Of a stretch of 64,000 nucleotides of DNA, positions 1 to 12,000 are shown in pieces; position 1 is the first letter of the stretch, and every line of letters starts with the position of its first letter. Location of the stretch: the NCBI GenBank assembly GCA_051294905.1, contig CM119371.1, positions 27,282,001 to 27,346,000 on the forward strand, read 5' to 3'. The DNA is from Botryllus schlosseri. Lineage: Eukaryota. Both the position numbers and the translations under genes were made by a program. The notes beneath the pieces are model-generated. The model searched no databases. It had not been told where the DNA came from and saw only the letters and a program-made list of their open reading frames with translations.

Positions 1-405
1 TACTGAACCCTAATGTCATTTGTGGTAATCATGGTGTTTGTCGACGACAATCGTCATTTACACCAGGCCGATATTTCTTATTTTTGATTCCGTAACCGTC
101 GACTTGTAGCACGGCGCACACTTCTAGGCTTTTGCAAGACACCGCTTATGCCAGGTATCGCCAAGTGCAAACGGGTCGCGGACTACTTTCAAATTTCGAG
201 GCCGCGGTCCGCATGAATTCAATATCGAGATAGCGTGGTTGTTAAACTGTGTGACCTGTCTATCTCGTCACCTACTAAACCCTAATGCCTTGATATCTTG
301 GTAAATTTTGGGTACCTGGTTTATCGAACGCCTTGAAATCTTAATGAAGGATTGCACCGTGTGTTGATTGATCAGAGAGAAGCAGACATGGTGGTGCCTG
401 TATGA

Positions 406-1140
406 CAGGGGTGGCGAACCTGCGGCCGTAGAAGCAAATTTGTGGGGCCATGGACACGTAATTCGATTAGTATGTGTTGAAATCCGTCGACATGGAATTT
501 GAATTTACGAATTTACTCCCGGTATCTTGGAAGATTTTAATTATTATTGAAATTTTCTTTGCGCCGCGAGCGTTTAAATTCGACTTCATTTTTCGATTTA
601 AATATAGTTGCGCACTTTGCAATCAGAGCCCCACAACACAGTTGCGAACAGAAGAGAAAAATGATGCACCTCATATAGAAATACCAACTCGGAATCGCGT
701 GCTCCTCACTATACTGAAAATCCTGACGGGAGGTCAAGAAATGCAATGAACAGCATGCAACAAAGTGACTCATAATAATTGGCCAGCCCGAAGATGCATC
801 ATCATTCATAACCTGCCCTATATTTTCGAAAATAGCTCTCCCTCTACTCTACAGGTGAGTCTGATCACATGGGATGAGAAATAATATGTAAAACTACTAA
901 TTTTAATGACGAAATTCATGAATGAATCTGAAAAAGTTATCGCGCTTGGCGCGACTATGAACAGCTTACATTATGTAATGGATTTGTACGGAGTTCACTG
1001 GAAATAGACATAGACACTTTAACACGAGTATTTGGCGTCCTGCCAGTCTAGTTCATTACAACTATGCCCTGGAATGCGGCTGTAGGCTATATGAGTTGTT
1101 GAAATGCGGCCTTGACTGGCAAAAAGGTTGGCAACCCCTG
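406..1140. mobile_element. Non-autonomous hAT (Charlie/Buster-like) element
   Basis: TIRs CAGGGGTGGCGAACC / GGTTGGCAACCCCTG; 8-bp TSD CTGTATGA at 398-405 and 1141-1148. Confidence 0.9.
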
Positions 1141-2518
1141 CTGTATGACCATGCTGTTCTTAAATCCACACTGTCTTCGTCATTATTGGCGAGAAATGGC
1201 TTTGAAGTTGCATTGCTGTCGTTAAAATACATTCAATAAATACGATTTATTCCTTGTATTTGTGGATAAATGGGCGAATAATGTGTCGATTCAGCAATCC
1301 GGCCCGCCAAGTACTTAATTTTCCTATATCCGGCACGACGACTGGAGAAGTTGCCCGCCCCTGCCCTAGTGCTTAGAGAAGAGAACTTAAGACGGAAAGT
1401 GCGATGTGCTTGAAACATATCCGGAATGGCGTGTGACTATATACCTTCTAGGCCAGAACTGACCCAAAATGATGAATGGCATTACATATGTAGGCTATAT
1501 AGCTGCAAGTTACTAATATAAAATCATTTATCGTTGTACAGGGGGTACTTTACTCAGTTGCGGGGACAAATTCACTCATAATGGTGATCCAAGCTAACAC
1601 ACCAAACGTATTTCCTACTTTACATAATCAGAGTAAAAAATAGGCGGTTTTGACTCGATAACCGTAGTAAGAGCGGGAGTGGCCTTAAAACCTAACCCAG
1701 TAAAAAAGCAAAACCTGCATGACCACTACGAACAAGTGATAGTCTGTCGCTGCTGACTTCATCTGTGAATATCTCTCGATTTCACTGACATGTGGAAGGC
1801 TGGTGGTGAGAGGAACATTCGAATAATAATCCATGTGTATTATTCGAAACGTTCTAAATCGATCTCCTGTCTCGTCCCGTGTACGCCTGCGATCACAAGG
1901 GTTACCATATTTTAGAAATCTGAACCTGACTTTTTATTTAACCTAATTTAAACCCTAATTTACCCAAAATTATGAAAAAATAGGACGAATTCTCTTTGGA
2001 GAGGATATATGCAGAACCGTAACTGCCGCACCCCAAACCCCCCAATTGTGGGGGAGGGGGCTCGAAGAGGACCCAAGATGATTTCGCGAATTTACATAAA
2101 TAATGAAGTAGGCTACTTCGTTAGGAATTTATGCAACTTTTTACCAAAAGTTGTTGGCGCGGCGCGCGAACCGATGTTGACAAATACCTTCAATATTGGG
2201 TGCCTTTCCCCCAACGAAAATACGCATGATTGACAGAAATTGACGCTTGGGCGTCGGCCATTACCGTGCCACGACGCACCAAGTTATCGGCCATGCTTTG
2301 ACATGCGACTGCGAGAAGCGTGCCAGAACGATCAGCAGCGAGAAGACCTTGGCCGAAAAGGACTGTCCTTGTGCGACCGAGAACTTCGATATAAATATTA
2401 TCTATACATATATGTTTAAGTGTCCATTGGCGCCTGAATGACTGGCACCGAATGTTACTGTCCTGTCGCTCTGAACCCCACAAGACAACTGCCATCGCGA
2501 AGGTAACATTATTTGCCA

Positions 2519-2728
2519 GTAAAGAAATACCAATTTGTGGGCCTTTCAGTTTAGTACGTTTCGACGATTTCAATATCTTTTGACATAGCAGATAGGTCAG
2601 GAAAACGAAGTCATTATACTATCTGCTGGTCAGGAAAACGAAGTCATTATACTATCTGCTATGTCAAAAGATATTGAAATCGTCGAAACGTACTGAACTA
2701 AAAGACGCACAAATTGGTATTTCTTTAC
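2519..2728. repeat. Palindromic element: ~77-bp inverted arms around a 2x33-bp tandem repeat
   Basis: 2519-2595 is the imperfect reverse complement of 2652-2728; GGTCAGGAAAACGAAGTCATTATACTATCTGCT at 2595 and 2628. Confidence 0.85.
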
Positions 2729-3222
2729 AGCACGGGTACGACCGAAGATGCTTAATTATTATTTAGGGGCCCTGCATTTTCCAAGACACATCCCTCAGCT
2801 CTATTACCGGTAAATTTAATTACGTGAACAGAGAGAGGATAAAAAGTTGATATCAATATATACGCAATTCCCGATCAGATTGACCGATTCATTCAGGAAT
2901 TAAAGTAATTTTTGCGCGCTTTGCGCGTCTAGCGATGTCACCTTGGTCACTAAACAGCACACCCAACGTAGCCGATATGCATGGGAAAAAAGAGTAAACC
3001 CTGAGGTGGTGTGGGGAGCGAAGCGAAGATCGAAGAAGTTCTGTTTATCATCCTATATGGAAGGGCCAAGATCAACGTTTTTTGGAGGAGGGAGCTGATC
3101 GAGTGCTGTTACGGTCGTGGACGTGTGATAAACCTACCATTGCGTCCGTAACACATTTCACCTGTCGAACAGCACATCCCACGACCAAGCGTCCTAACCA
3201 GCATTCATTTCAGTTACAGCGC

Positions 3223-4810
3223 ACATGCCTGAATGAACTGGTTACCATCAGACTTCATGCATCCTAAATCAATTCAGGCAAGCTAATGTAATGATTTACA
3301 AGGTCGGAGATGCCGTGTTACATGTGTACAATAGTGCGACCTAGCTATAAGAAAGTAGTTACTGTGACCGTTTAGTGTTTACCCATAGGTTATTGGCCAT
3401 TTAACCTGCGAGAAACACTTCGAACTCGAGCTATGAAAATGGACCCCTATCTGCAGTACTCGGCAGATTTACAACGATTACAAAGTGGAGGTCGTTGCAC
3501 AACCTGATAATCGATGATCGCTAAGATGTAATACGTCCCACACGCGAGGAATACTCCTGTATACTCCATGAACCATTTATCTACACGGCGTTGCTGCATC
3601 CGTTACCTGGCCGGCGAAAACCTCCATCTCACCACAACCGAAGAACGCGTCAGTTTTCTACCTCGTTTATTCAGACATATTCCAACACGTAAAAATTATC
3701 ATAAAATTATTAAAATACTGGAAAAGAGAAAACGGTCACAACACATTACCACGCAGAATCGCGGTATTTCACAGCGTAGAAAGTGTAAGCAAACGCAACG
3801 AGGATACCTGGCGTCGTGAATACCCGCGCCACGCGCGCAGTTTCGGAATCGGCTTGGTCGGGAAAAAACAAGTATGCGGTTATAAAGCACAGGATAATGC
3901 CAACGGCAGCACTGAAGAGTCCTTTGTAGACGTACACTGAAAATCGAGAATTGACATAATTATGATTACGTATAAGTGCCGAGATCAAATGTGTGTTTGT
4001 TGGGAGATTATTTTGTCCGTTTGAAATTTTCTTAATTCTCTTAGCGAGTAGGATAGGATGGAGTAGGACTGTTCAAAAATTTTTTTTTTCCTGAATCTTG
4101 CTGGTTACGTGATTAAATCGTTAGGTTGCCTTAAAAAAAAACGTCGGACACAAAATTTTAATTCATTCCAACCAATAATCGCTGATTTTATACAGTTTGA
4201 AAATTTTGAATTTACTTGAAGATGCAAAAAAAATGTTTAGTCAGATATTTCTGTTAACCCCATGAAATCGTTGCGCTGTCTTCAAAGACGATGCAAAACA
4301 AATTTGACTCAATTCCAACCAGTAGAAGCGGAGCTATTTGAGTTGTTCTTCGATAATTCGGTGATTATCCTAGATCGGTGGATAATCCAAGAATTATCAT
4401 CGAAAAACTCAAATAACTCCGCTTCTACTGGTTGGAATTGAGTCAAATTTGTTTTGCATCGTCTTTGAAGACAGCGCAACGATTTCATGGGGTTAACAGA
4501 AATATCTGACAAAAAATTTTTTTTGCATTTTTTTGGTAAATTCAAAATTTTCAAACTGTATGAAATCAGCGATTATTGGTTGGAATGAATTAAAATTTGG
4601 TGTGCGTCGTTTTTTAAGGCAACCTAACGATTTAATCATGTAACCAGCAACATTCGGGAAAAAAAAACTATTGTTGAACAGGCCTAGGATGGAGGCACAT
4701 GATCATAGTAGTTGAAGAGACATGCATTACATGCCTGAATGAACTGGCTACCATCAGACTTCATGCATTCTAAATCAATTGAGGTAAGCTAATGTAATGA
4801 TTTACAAGGT
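3223..4810 (+). repeat. ~82-bp dispersed direct repeat pair (3223-3304 and 4729-4810)
   Basis: ACATGCCTGAATGAACTGG...GATTTACAAGGT occurs twice with few substitutions. Confidence 0.85.
4064..4686. mobile_element. Foldback-type MITE, near-perfect ~620-bp palindrome
   Basis: ~300-bp arms are reverse complements about ~4375; TSD GGATGGAG at 4056-4063 and 4687-4694; related partial copy ~23515-23790. Confidence 0.9.
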
Positions 4811-5851
4811 GTTCATTCAACCCGGTGGTTCCCAACCTGAGGGGATTTCACCCCTTGGGGGAGTTTAGTATTGTTTAGGGGGGAAATTATACTTTAGAAT
4901 GATAAACGATTTACTAAACCTGTCGTTTGCGAACTGTCAAGTAGTCAACTAGTTATGTCCTAGCGTATGTTCCTATAGGCTGATTTTTATTTGCTGGAAG
5001 TATGTTCAGATGCTATTTGAAATCTCCGGTGACAAAACATTACAACGACATCGATTCAAGTCAAAGAGATCGCAAGTGAACTTGCTTTATTTTTAGTGAA
5101 CTGCTAACCGAGCGATAATATCATTCTAAACCTGGTGCAATGCTGCAAAAACGTGAAGTGACGAGTAATAATTTCTTGTACTATATTTATTAGCCACGGG
5201 GCAAAAGGAACCATGCCTTCCAATTCTTTAGTAGTCTTGTGTAATGAGCAACAAATACACTATTTTGGGCAAATTCATTTAACCTGTAATATTTCTTTGC
5301 ACGTTTCGCGAGATTAAGTGTCACTAGAAGACTAAAAATTAATGAAAAAGACTAAAATTGAATAAAATAACGCATTAAATACGCTTGATTTACAGAATTG
5401 AGTAAAACTGTCTTCGTAATTATGAAATCACGGTATTTTTTATTCTCGCCTGCTGCCGTAGGGATGGATCAGTCTAGAATTGCGCAGTAGGCTTGTGCAG
5501 GACCATTAGGCACGTGTATATCCGCACTAGGACACGTCACGACGTATAATCGTTTCGCAAAATCTGCGATTCCGCAAAGTGTGCTCCGAGACAGATCGAC
5601 GATGACAACACTTAGAATCCAAAATGACCGACACAAGTTTACCGAAACCGGCGATATTGATATGACTGCGCGGCTACGAATAGTCCTGCACTTGAAACCT
5701 GAGCCCAGCGATACAAATGCGACCCGAAGTGGAAAATACATCTCCCAGTCAAGAAATAAGAATTAGGAATCTTTCGAGTAGCCTATCGACAATCTTTACC
5801 GTAGGTCACAAACTAACAACATGCTTCAACAAAGCAATGTGGAGTGTGGAC

Positions 5852-7743
5852 CAGAGTTGGATCAATTACATTATTTCAGTTCAATTACAATTACAATTAC
5901 AATTACTTTCATGCATGTTTCAATTACATTACAATTACAATTACTCCATGCTAAAAATATCAAATTACAATTACAATTACAATTACTCCTTGCATGCTTC
6001 AATTACATTACAATTACAATTACAATTGCTGCTGTTGAACATTTAATTAAATAATGATAAATTCAACCGTGCTCCTTGACAACCGTGGCGTCGTAATTAA
6101 CAACAATTCAAGTATTCATGTTTCATTCATGATACGCAAATACCCGGTAATTAATAAAAGAAAAACGTTTTCGAACTATTCCAGTATGCAGTATGTCGTT
6201 GAAAAAAGTATTATAATCATGCACGGGTTGGATTTGCGTATATAGTATATAATTAAAGAAATAATATTATTTTTATCGAGGGACGTAGGAATTAGGATGA
6301 GGGGTGAAAACAAAACCGTGCTTTGTCAGATAAGACGTTATATAATATCCAGTGGTCTGGTTAGTTAGCCAGACGAAGTAACGATGCAGCATCGTGATCT
6401 GAAATCGTATTGTAGATTGCCAACCCACGGATAGATGCGCAAGATGTGAGTCACGGATGAATGCACCGACAAACGTACTGCAGAGCCGGCTAAAAGCAGC
6501 AAACTTTGTAGTCCTAGAGCTGGCGATTCAGGCGTCCAAATTTGATGCATCTGATCTTTATCGTAAGCTATTGATGCACTAATTCCGAAAATACAAATAA
6601 AATCTCGTCAGGGCAATGTAACTGCTCCAAAATAGCCATTTAAGGCCGACTGTTCTGAAAAGTGAGAGCGCCGCAGCAGCATGACCACAACAATGACCAA
6701 TTACTCCCAGCGATTGTTCAGAACAATGCCGATTCCCAGACTTTCACGACTATTTTGGGATGGTACCATTGCCTGGAAATATACTTTTATTGCGGAATCA
6801 GTGCGACACTAGCTTTCGATTAGGACCATACATATCAAATTTCGACGCTTGGATCGTTAGCTATGGGACTATCAATTCTGCTGCTTTTAGCCGCCTCAGC
6901 AGTTCGCTTCTCGGCGTATTCAATCGTGAGTCACGTGTTGCGAATCCATCCGTTGGTTAGTAATCTAATAATTGTATACAATGGCAGCCGAGGCCAGCAT
7001 AGCGGTAAAAATAAAAAACTTCGCCCGCAAGGGCGCAGTCAAGGGCTTCCGTGAATCAGAGATGAGCATGGATTAGGATTAGGTTTTGAAAAAACAGGAT
7101 TTGTGAAATTTTGTCGGATTTGGATTGGATTTGGATTAGACATTTTTTTCAGAACGGATAAGGATTTGGATTGGATTGAACTATTTTCTTGGAGATTGAA
7201 ATGTCGTGTGGCGAATGGCGACAAACTTTATTCAAATCAGTTATTAATGTACTTATGGTTACTAGATTATCTTGAATCAAGTGAATCGTTGGTTGTGAAA
7301 GAAAATTTTCGAATCCCTCCATTGCATAAATTGGTATTTTTTCTGAATGTCCAGTTGGAATCGGATTAGGATTGGACATGGACTTGAATATGAAAAGGTA
7401 TGGATTAGGATTAGGATTTGGATTTGAAGGTTCGGATTTGGACTGGATTAGGACATAGAAATTTCAAATCCGCTCATCTCTGCCGTGAATGGATCCACCA
7501 AATTCCTTGTCGACATTTAAAGAGAATACATTATAAATCAATTATTTCATGTTGTGCTTGTCAGGTCTCAATAGCAATTTAATGTAATTGAAATTGTAAT
7601 TGAGCAAAATTTTTGTCAAATTACAATTACAATTACAATTACACAAAATAAAAATGCTTCAATTACAATTACATTACAATTACATTGAAATATGTAATTA
7701 ATTACATTCAATTACATTACAAATTACAATTGATCCAACTCTG
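5852..7743. mobile_element. hAT MITE with subterminal (CAATTA)n arrays
   Basis: TIRs CAGAGTTGGATCAATT / AATTGATCCAACTCTG; TSD GTGTGGAC at 5844-5851 and 7744-7751; internal diverged inverted pair ~6420-6546 / ~6834-6958. Confidence 0.9.
7057..7482. mobile_element. hAT MITE with GGATT(A/T) motifs, nested in 5852-7743
   Basis: TIRs CAGAGATGAGC / GCTCATCTCTG; TSD CCGTGAAT at 7049-7056 and 7483-7490. Confidence 0.9.
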
Positions 7744-9056
7744 GTGTGGACCCATCCGTAACTTCAGTAACAGTCTCAACTCTGTGGCATGGGTGTCCTA
7801 AATTTCCGAAGACGACGCCATATCCATCCGCTACTACAGGACATCTGATCATTTTTGCTACATATGGATTATGAAAGTTACATATTATTGACCTAATTCA
7901 TGCATGAATTTTAAAAAAACATTCACGCGATTAGTAAATTTAAGCATACTGATTTTTCACAGCAGTTATTCTGAATTGTTAGCGAAGTTTTCCAAAAGTT
8001 GTGTTGATTGGCACAAGTAGCATTGTTTTGGGAGGTCGACAAGGTATTGTTGCGGCCCTCGACACAAACACTCTGTAGCGCCTGTCTTATTCTTCAGTCA
8101 AAAGGTGGTGCGCAAGAAAAATGATATTTTTGGATCACCGGGCTGATTTTCCCCCTCGTTAGCGAAGCCTTCCAGAAGTTGTGTTGATTGGGACAAATAC
8201 CATTGTTTTTTGGAGGTCGACCAATGAGTTGTTGCGGCCCTCCTTGACACAAATACTCTATAGCGCCCGTCTTATTCTTCAGTCAACAGGTGGTGCGCGA
8301 GAAAAAACAATGTTTTTAATAACCGGGCTGATTCCTCCTAAGGGAGAATATTGGCTCAAATTTCTGCCAAGGGGTCCACGAGATGAAGAAGGTTGGGAAC
8401 CACTGATTCAACTGGATTATGAATAACTAATTCCTTGTTTGAATTCTGCCCACCGTTGGTATACATTCTAATCCTGGCACGGGCAATCAATTCTAAACAC
8501 ATTCTAATCCTGACACGGGCGAGAAATTTTAAACTATGTCATTCGGTTACGTTAGGTTCGAAATACATATCGTTAGATGGTATGCCTAATTCAACCCAAA
8601 CATTTCTGAAGTCAAACCTCGATCGACGTCTGATGGTTTAACTGTTATTTCGCTTCAGTGAACTCAATTACAACTACGGTATGCAGGTATGCAGGTATGG
8701 TCGTAATCTGGAAACGCGCGAACTCACTGGGGACAGTTTCGAAATCTTGAAGGACATGTCGCTTTAATTGAAAAATAAATCTACGGTGCATAGACTCGTG
8801 TACATTCTTCAAATTAATTCAGTAAATTTCAACACTATGAGCTTGGCCTATTGGAATACTTGGCACCGTCCTGTAAATCACGCTGATTTTGCTTTTTATT
8901 GAACAGGAAATTGCAGGATAACTTCTACTTAGGAGTTATGTGAAAAGCTAAGACGGTTTTCTACATAATATTAGGTAGGTAATCTTCGACTGAACAATAT
9001 AACGATATTTTTTAGTATATTCGAAGCTAACGAACGAAGACGTCACAGTTCTTTCA

Positions 9057-12000
9057 TTACAAACTGAATAAACCAAATTGAGTTGTGATTTTTAACGTGA
9101 TATCTTGCAGAAACATAAATAGAATCCCACATAACAGGTATGGTATAAACCAGACATCAGCGAATTTATCATTCAATTGAAATATCCTATAATTGAAATA
9201 TCCTATATTTATTTTTCGTAAACACGCTGTGCGTATTCACATATTTCAAGACTCGAATACTGGAATCCACTGTCGTATAACTCAATGACTTCAATTCACC
9301 TGGAATTCCCACTAATCTCAATTCCTCCAAGATGCTTTTCCGTCTGCCTGGCTTAGGCGCGCGCTTCAACTGCTTCTCCACGTCATCGCCTTCGCCTTGC
9401 TTGTCGGAAGCTTCAGGACCAAAGCTCTCTCCTACGTCGTCGACGTTCCAGAAATCTCCCAACTCTCCTGTGGTCGAAGCGCTTCTCGTCCTGCGCCCGA
9501 GACCCGAATCACGGGGATCGCCACCGTCTGGTTTATCAAGTTGTGGGAGGGACGACCAACGGACTCGCCGTGTCTCCTGGATGGGATCGCCTTGATCCAG
9601 CGATTTCGATTTGGATAGACCTGAGAAATACATGGAGATCGATTCAGTCACCGGCCACGAAAAAATCGAGCGCCGAAATAGTCCTCAACTCCATTACGCA
9701 TTGCTTGTATACAACAACGACGTACTTCTACTTCGCTACTTCGATGCACACTACTCAGATTTACGACATCTTTAACTTGATCCAGTGGTTCTGTTTCCGA
9801 AGAAAAAATTTATCTGCAGTCAAGCAGCAATGAGGCTTCGGCCCTTTTTTAATATCAAAGAGGAAAAGCGCGGAAATGAAACAGTACTAAACCAAATCGC
9901 TGACCCACCGGCTTTATTGCTTTTACGGTTCCTCAAGATACCCTCCTTCGTGTGATCGGTCCCGGTAGCACCAGTTATCTTCGGTGGCCTGGCGCCGTCC
10001 GAGAGACTCGTCGATGTTGGTCCCAATTCACCTGCGGTACTTTGGCGTAAATCCCCAGCAGCGTCGGACGTTTCGCGGTTTCGCTCGCGTTGATGCGAAT
10101 CCTGGCTTATCGGCTGCTTTTCGGCATCGACGCTATGGTTTTGGGAGGCATGACGCCTCTGAGCGAAGGTGTCACGCACGAGCCGAAGTGATTCAATACC
10201 TAGAGATTGCGACCTTTGCTCACTCCTGGAAATATCCGGTGCCTCGCCACGATAGAGCGCAACTGCTGAAATAATTGGGATAATGAATACGTCAAGCTGA
10301 CATACTCCTGCGAGCGGAGGTTTTCAATGTATTTATAGTTGGTATACAAGTCACGTCTCAAAATTACAAGTAAAAGTAGATGTTGAAGCCTCGTCTCAAC
10401 AAAATAAAAATGTATTGGTGGCATTGGTGGTAGCAGTTTGCAATCATGACAATCGAGTTGACTAAATAACACTTTAGTACTCATAATAGAGTAGAGGTAC
10501 ATAGTTACTGACTACCTTCGCTTGTGCAAGACGTAGTGACGAGAGAGGATTTTTGACCTTGGCTTCCTAGTATGTAAAGACTAAAGAGTAAGCATTCTAG
10601 GCAACAAAACGAAAGTAGCAGAGATAGTGGGAAAGATTATGAACACTTGGCTATTGCAAGTAGATAAAACCTACTGCGTGCTGCTAAAAAGAAAAAAGTA
10701 TTCTATAACCGACCCCAGCTACGCGGAAGAGACATCCAAGTATTCTCGCAACTTACTCTCATACGTAGACCATGAATTGGGTCCAATAGATATAGTAAGC
10801 ATACGACAATGATTAAAGATTTTGTGTCACGTTATTGATGAAGAGACCAAGAAACGTCGAAAATCTAACAGTTATCATTACGTAAGTCGGATACAACTTT
10901 TCCAGCATACGACATGACAGCCACTTATATATTGGCCAGTGTCACTTTTTCACAAGCTGACTGCACTGGGGTTCCAACACTGAAAGCGTGCTACTGAAAT
11001 AGAAATCACCAGTTCAAGTGAAACTAGCGATCTCCCCGGGTCATATCTAGTTTCAAGTGGAAGTAGGATTGTAGGGACGGAAAAGCACTCGAAGTAGTTA
11101 AAAAGGTATGGATTTGAGGATGCGTCGCATAGTCTTGACAACCAATCGAAACTTTCTACTTTCGAAATTGTAAGACGGTATCTTCACTACTAACGAAATA
11201 TTGCTAGAAACGCTACAAATATGTGCCTTCCTCGATTGTATATTTACGATGTCTGTCTCAAGAGCTCCAGTGACGATTTCATTCATAAAAATGACGCGAA
11301 CTCGCCAGAACTCATAACCCCTTGAATAAGTGGAGAAAGGATGCCCAAGCTACTTCAGTGCTACACTCCTTCGTAGCAGAAACACTAAGGAGACTATAAA
11401 GAGCAATCGAGACTCACTTGGTTCACTATGTTTCCGAACATCTTTGAATTCAACAGCACTTGGTCGCCGTTCTAATCGCTCAAAACCAGTTTCCCCGTCT
11501 CTCCATCTGCTACCGCCATCCACGACAACACCATGGGCTGGCAATTGGTGCATCGTTATATTGCCTTGCCGGTCATCCGCCAGGGTATCGTTTCGCAACG
11601 TGTCCCTCGCAGGAATCAAGATGGTGTTTCTCTCTGCATCAAATACGGCTTCGTGTCCGACTATCTGGTGTGGGGAAAGAGCGTGCCGCATATCCGTGAT
11701 TCGCCAGCGAGACGCGTGAGAAAAGTCAGCCCCTTCCGAATAATACCTCGCTTCCGTGTCGAAGTTCCTATTATGGGTTGTGCGTTGAAGTGTGCCAGTG
11801 TTCGGTTCGGATTGCAGCCTCCATTCCCTAGTTGGGATTTGCGTCTCTTCCCTGGCTATCCCATAATCAACATCTGAGCAAAAGCAAAGGCGTTGCACAC
11901 AGAGATTGCCAGAGTTAATAGAGTGGGCACTTAATTCGAAATTAAAATAGTAGAATCATAGCAAATTCCGTCTAGGTTGTATGCAAAAGTAGTTTTAGGA

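Larger units (their letters stand above)
4823..8405. mobile_element. hAT-type element with nested insertions
   Basis: Ends CGGTGGTTCCCAACCT / AGGTTGGGAACCACTG; flanks ATTCAACC / ATTCAACT (7/8); internal ~180-bp tandem duplication at 7978/8158. Confidence 0.75.

Noticed and set aside
4..160. EGF-like CGNHGVC peptide at the window start
   Set aside because: Frame closes soon after without the remaining cysteines; too little context
3600..3925. Possible minus-strand exon encoding a TM segment (GLFSAAVGIILCFITAYLFF)
   Set aside because: Could be real, but no consistent multi-exon frame could be built
5717..6054. ORFs with QLQLQL / ITITIT / NYNYNY runs
   Set aside because: Translations of the (CAATTA)n subterminal array of a MITE
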